From the NCBI GenBank assembly GCA_944363505.1, contig CALVUD010000002.1, positions 210,516 to 274,515 on the forward strand: a stretch of DNA of 64,000 nucleotides. Direction: 5' to 3'. This document shows positions 62,999-64,000 of this stretch, one piece after another; the stretch's first letter is position 1, and the number at the start of each line of letters is the position of its first letter. The translations under genes and the position numbers were made by a program. The DNA comes from an uncultured Clostridia bacterium (GTDB lineage Bacteria; Bacillota; Clostridia; Christensenellales; DTU072). The notes under the pieces were generated by a model, which searched no databases, was not told the DNA's origin, and saw nothing but the letters and a program-made list of their open reading frames with translations.

Positions 62999-64000
62999 TA
63001 CAAAATCCCCCTCCTGTTTTCGCGGACGGAACGGTTGAAAGCGTCGAGTTCCTCCCTCAGTTTCTCGGCGACCTTTGGCAAGCGCTTGGAAACGTCGTAG
63101 GCTTCTATCGGGTCGAGATCCAGATTGAACAGATAATTGTCGTAAAACTGATTGAAGAACGCCGAATTCTCGCTCTGAACGTGTTTAAAATACTTGTAAT
63201 CGACGTTATCCACGCGCATCTGTACCGCTTGCGCTTTTCCGCGCTTCAGATAAAACAGCTTGTCGTGGGGTATGCCGTAAGGATCTTCCGACCATAAGCT
63301 CTTCAACGATACGCCGTCGATTATTCTGTCCGAAGGCAGCGCCGTAACGCCGCAGTATTCGAGGATAGTCGGGAAAAAGTCGATGTTCATACACGAGGCG
63401 TTTATCATAACGGTCTCGCCCACGGTCTCGACGCCGTCCGGATAATAGACGAAGCTGCTTTTTTCGCCCGCCGCGCCGACGTTTCCGTTGGGATAGGAAA
63501 CGATCAACGGGACTTTCATTCCGCCCTCGAACGTCGTGTTTTTCCTGCCGCGCAACGCGCCCGCGGCGCCCTCTCTGCCCGGACCGTTGTCGCTGGTAAA
63601 GACGATCAGCGTATCGTCGTAAACGTTTTTGGATTTCAATAAGTCCAGAACGCGCCCGAGATAGGCGTCGAATTCCTCTATACAATCAATATAAGTATCG
63701 TCGCCGACATATCCTTTACCCTCTCCCGACGCGTTAGAAAAAATCGGGTAATGCGGCCAGGGTGTGGTGTAATATGCGAAAAACTTTTCGCCAGAATCTA
63801 CGGACTCCGAAATAAAGCGACTCAGTTCTTCGGTAAACAATGCGGTGGATTCGCTCTGATCGAGGTTTTCGGCGTGAGTACGAACCTGCTCGTGCGAAAA
63901 CCCGCCGTCCTCGGACACGCTGTCGCGCACCCAGTCGTAAGGGGTCATGTCGTTGACGTAGTAACTGCCGTAAAAATAATCGAACCCCTGCGAGGTGGGC
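62998..64000 (-). CDS. Sulfatase (C-terminal part; the gene continues beyond the window)
   Basis: The frame stays open upstream of the track start 63948 to the window edge (..GFDYFYGSYYVNDMTPYDW..). Sulfatase-type boxes FTSDNGP and GGMKVP are present. The catalytic Cys/Ser box lies outside the window. Confidence 0.8.
   Translation of the reverse strand, partial: PTSQGFDYFYGSYYVNDMTPYDWVRDSVSEDGGFSHEQVRTHAENLDQSESTALFTEELSRFISESVDSGEKFFAYYTTPWPHYPIFSNASGEGKGYVGDDTYIDCIEEFDAYLGRVLDLLKSKNVYDDTLIVFTSDNGPGREGAAGALRGRKNTTFEGGMKVPLIVSYPNGNVGAAGEKSSFVYYPDGVETVGETVMINASCMNIDFFPTILEYCGVTALPSDRIIDGVSLKSLWSEDPYGIPHDKLFYLKRGKAQAVQMRVDNVDYKYFKHVQSENSAFFNQFYDNYLFNLDLDPIEAYDVSKRLPKVAEKLREELDAFNRSVRENRRGIL

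Overview
This 64-kb chromosomal window reads as core genome of a spore-forming, probably gut- or host-associated Clostridia-class Firmicute. Support for that: B. subtilis-like yqfC-yqfD-pgpH-ybeY/era-yqzL-recO synteny, a PdaB-like deacetylase, and a long Bacillus-type SRP RNA. There are about 51 protein genes, most on the minus strand, tightly packed with many 1-4 nt stop/start overlaps. Housekeeping genes: ftsK, glyQS, proS, hflX, ppdK, recO, dnaB, pepF, pncB, lgt, dnaX-ybaB-recR. Carbohydrate and host-glycan genes: eda-kdgK, GH2 beta-mannosidase plus GH29 fucosidase, galK/galT, sulfatase plus anSME. RNA genes: SRP RNA (not in the ORF track) and tRNA-Leu(GAG). I see no CRISPR array, transposase, integrase, or recognisable defence or toxin-antitoxin genes. 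Two visibly AT-rich islets (about 21.75-23.13 kb and 37.4-38.7 kb) interrupt otherwise moderate-GC DNA. I found no clear-cut complete novel multi-gene system. The best candidates for something undescribed are: (1) two near-identical 166-bp hairpin-dense non-coding elements, plus an inverted fragment with a compensatory stem change, inside an att-like bracketed islet next to tRNA-Leu; (2) a 1004-aa PurL/FGAM-synthase paralog with all catalytic boxes apparently degenerate, coupled to a 1138-aa LRR surface lipoprotein; (3) a 916-aa GtrA-PfkB kinase-Fe-ADH triple fusion; (4) a DUF1538 permease with two PII-like proteins, overlap-coupled to GH2/GH29 genes; (5) a YbeY-Era fusion. All protein calls rest on motif recognition by eye from the supplied translations. 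No database search or folding program was run.
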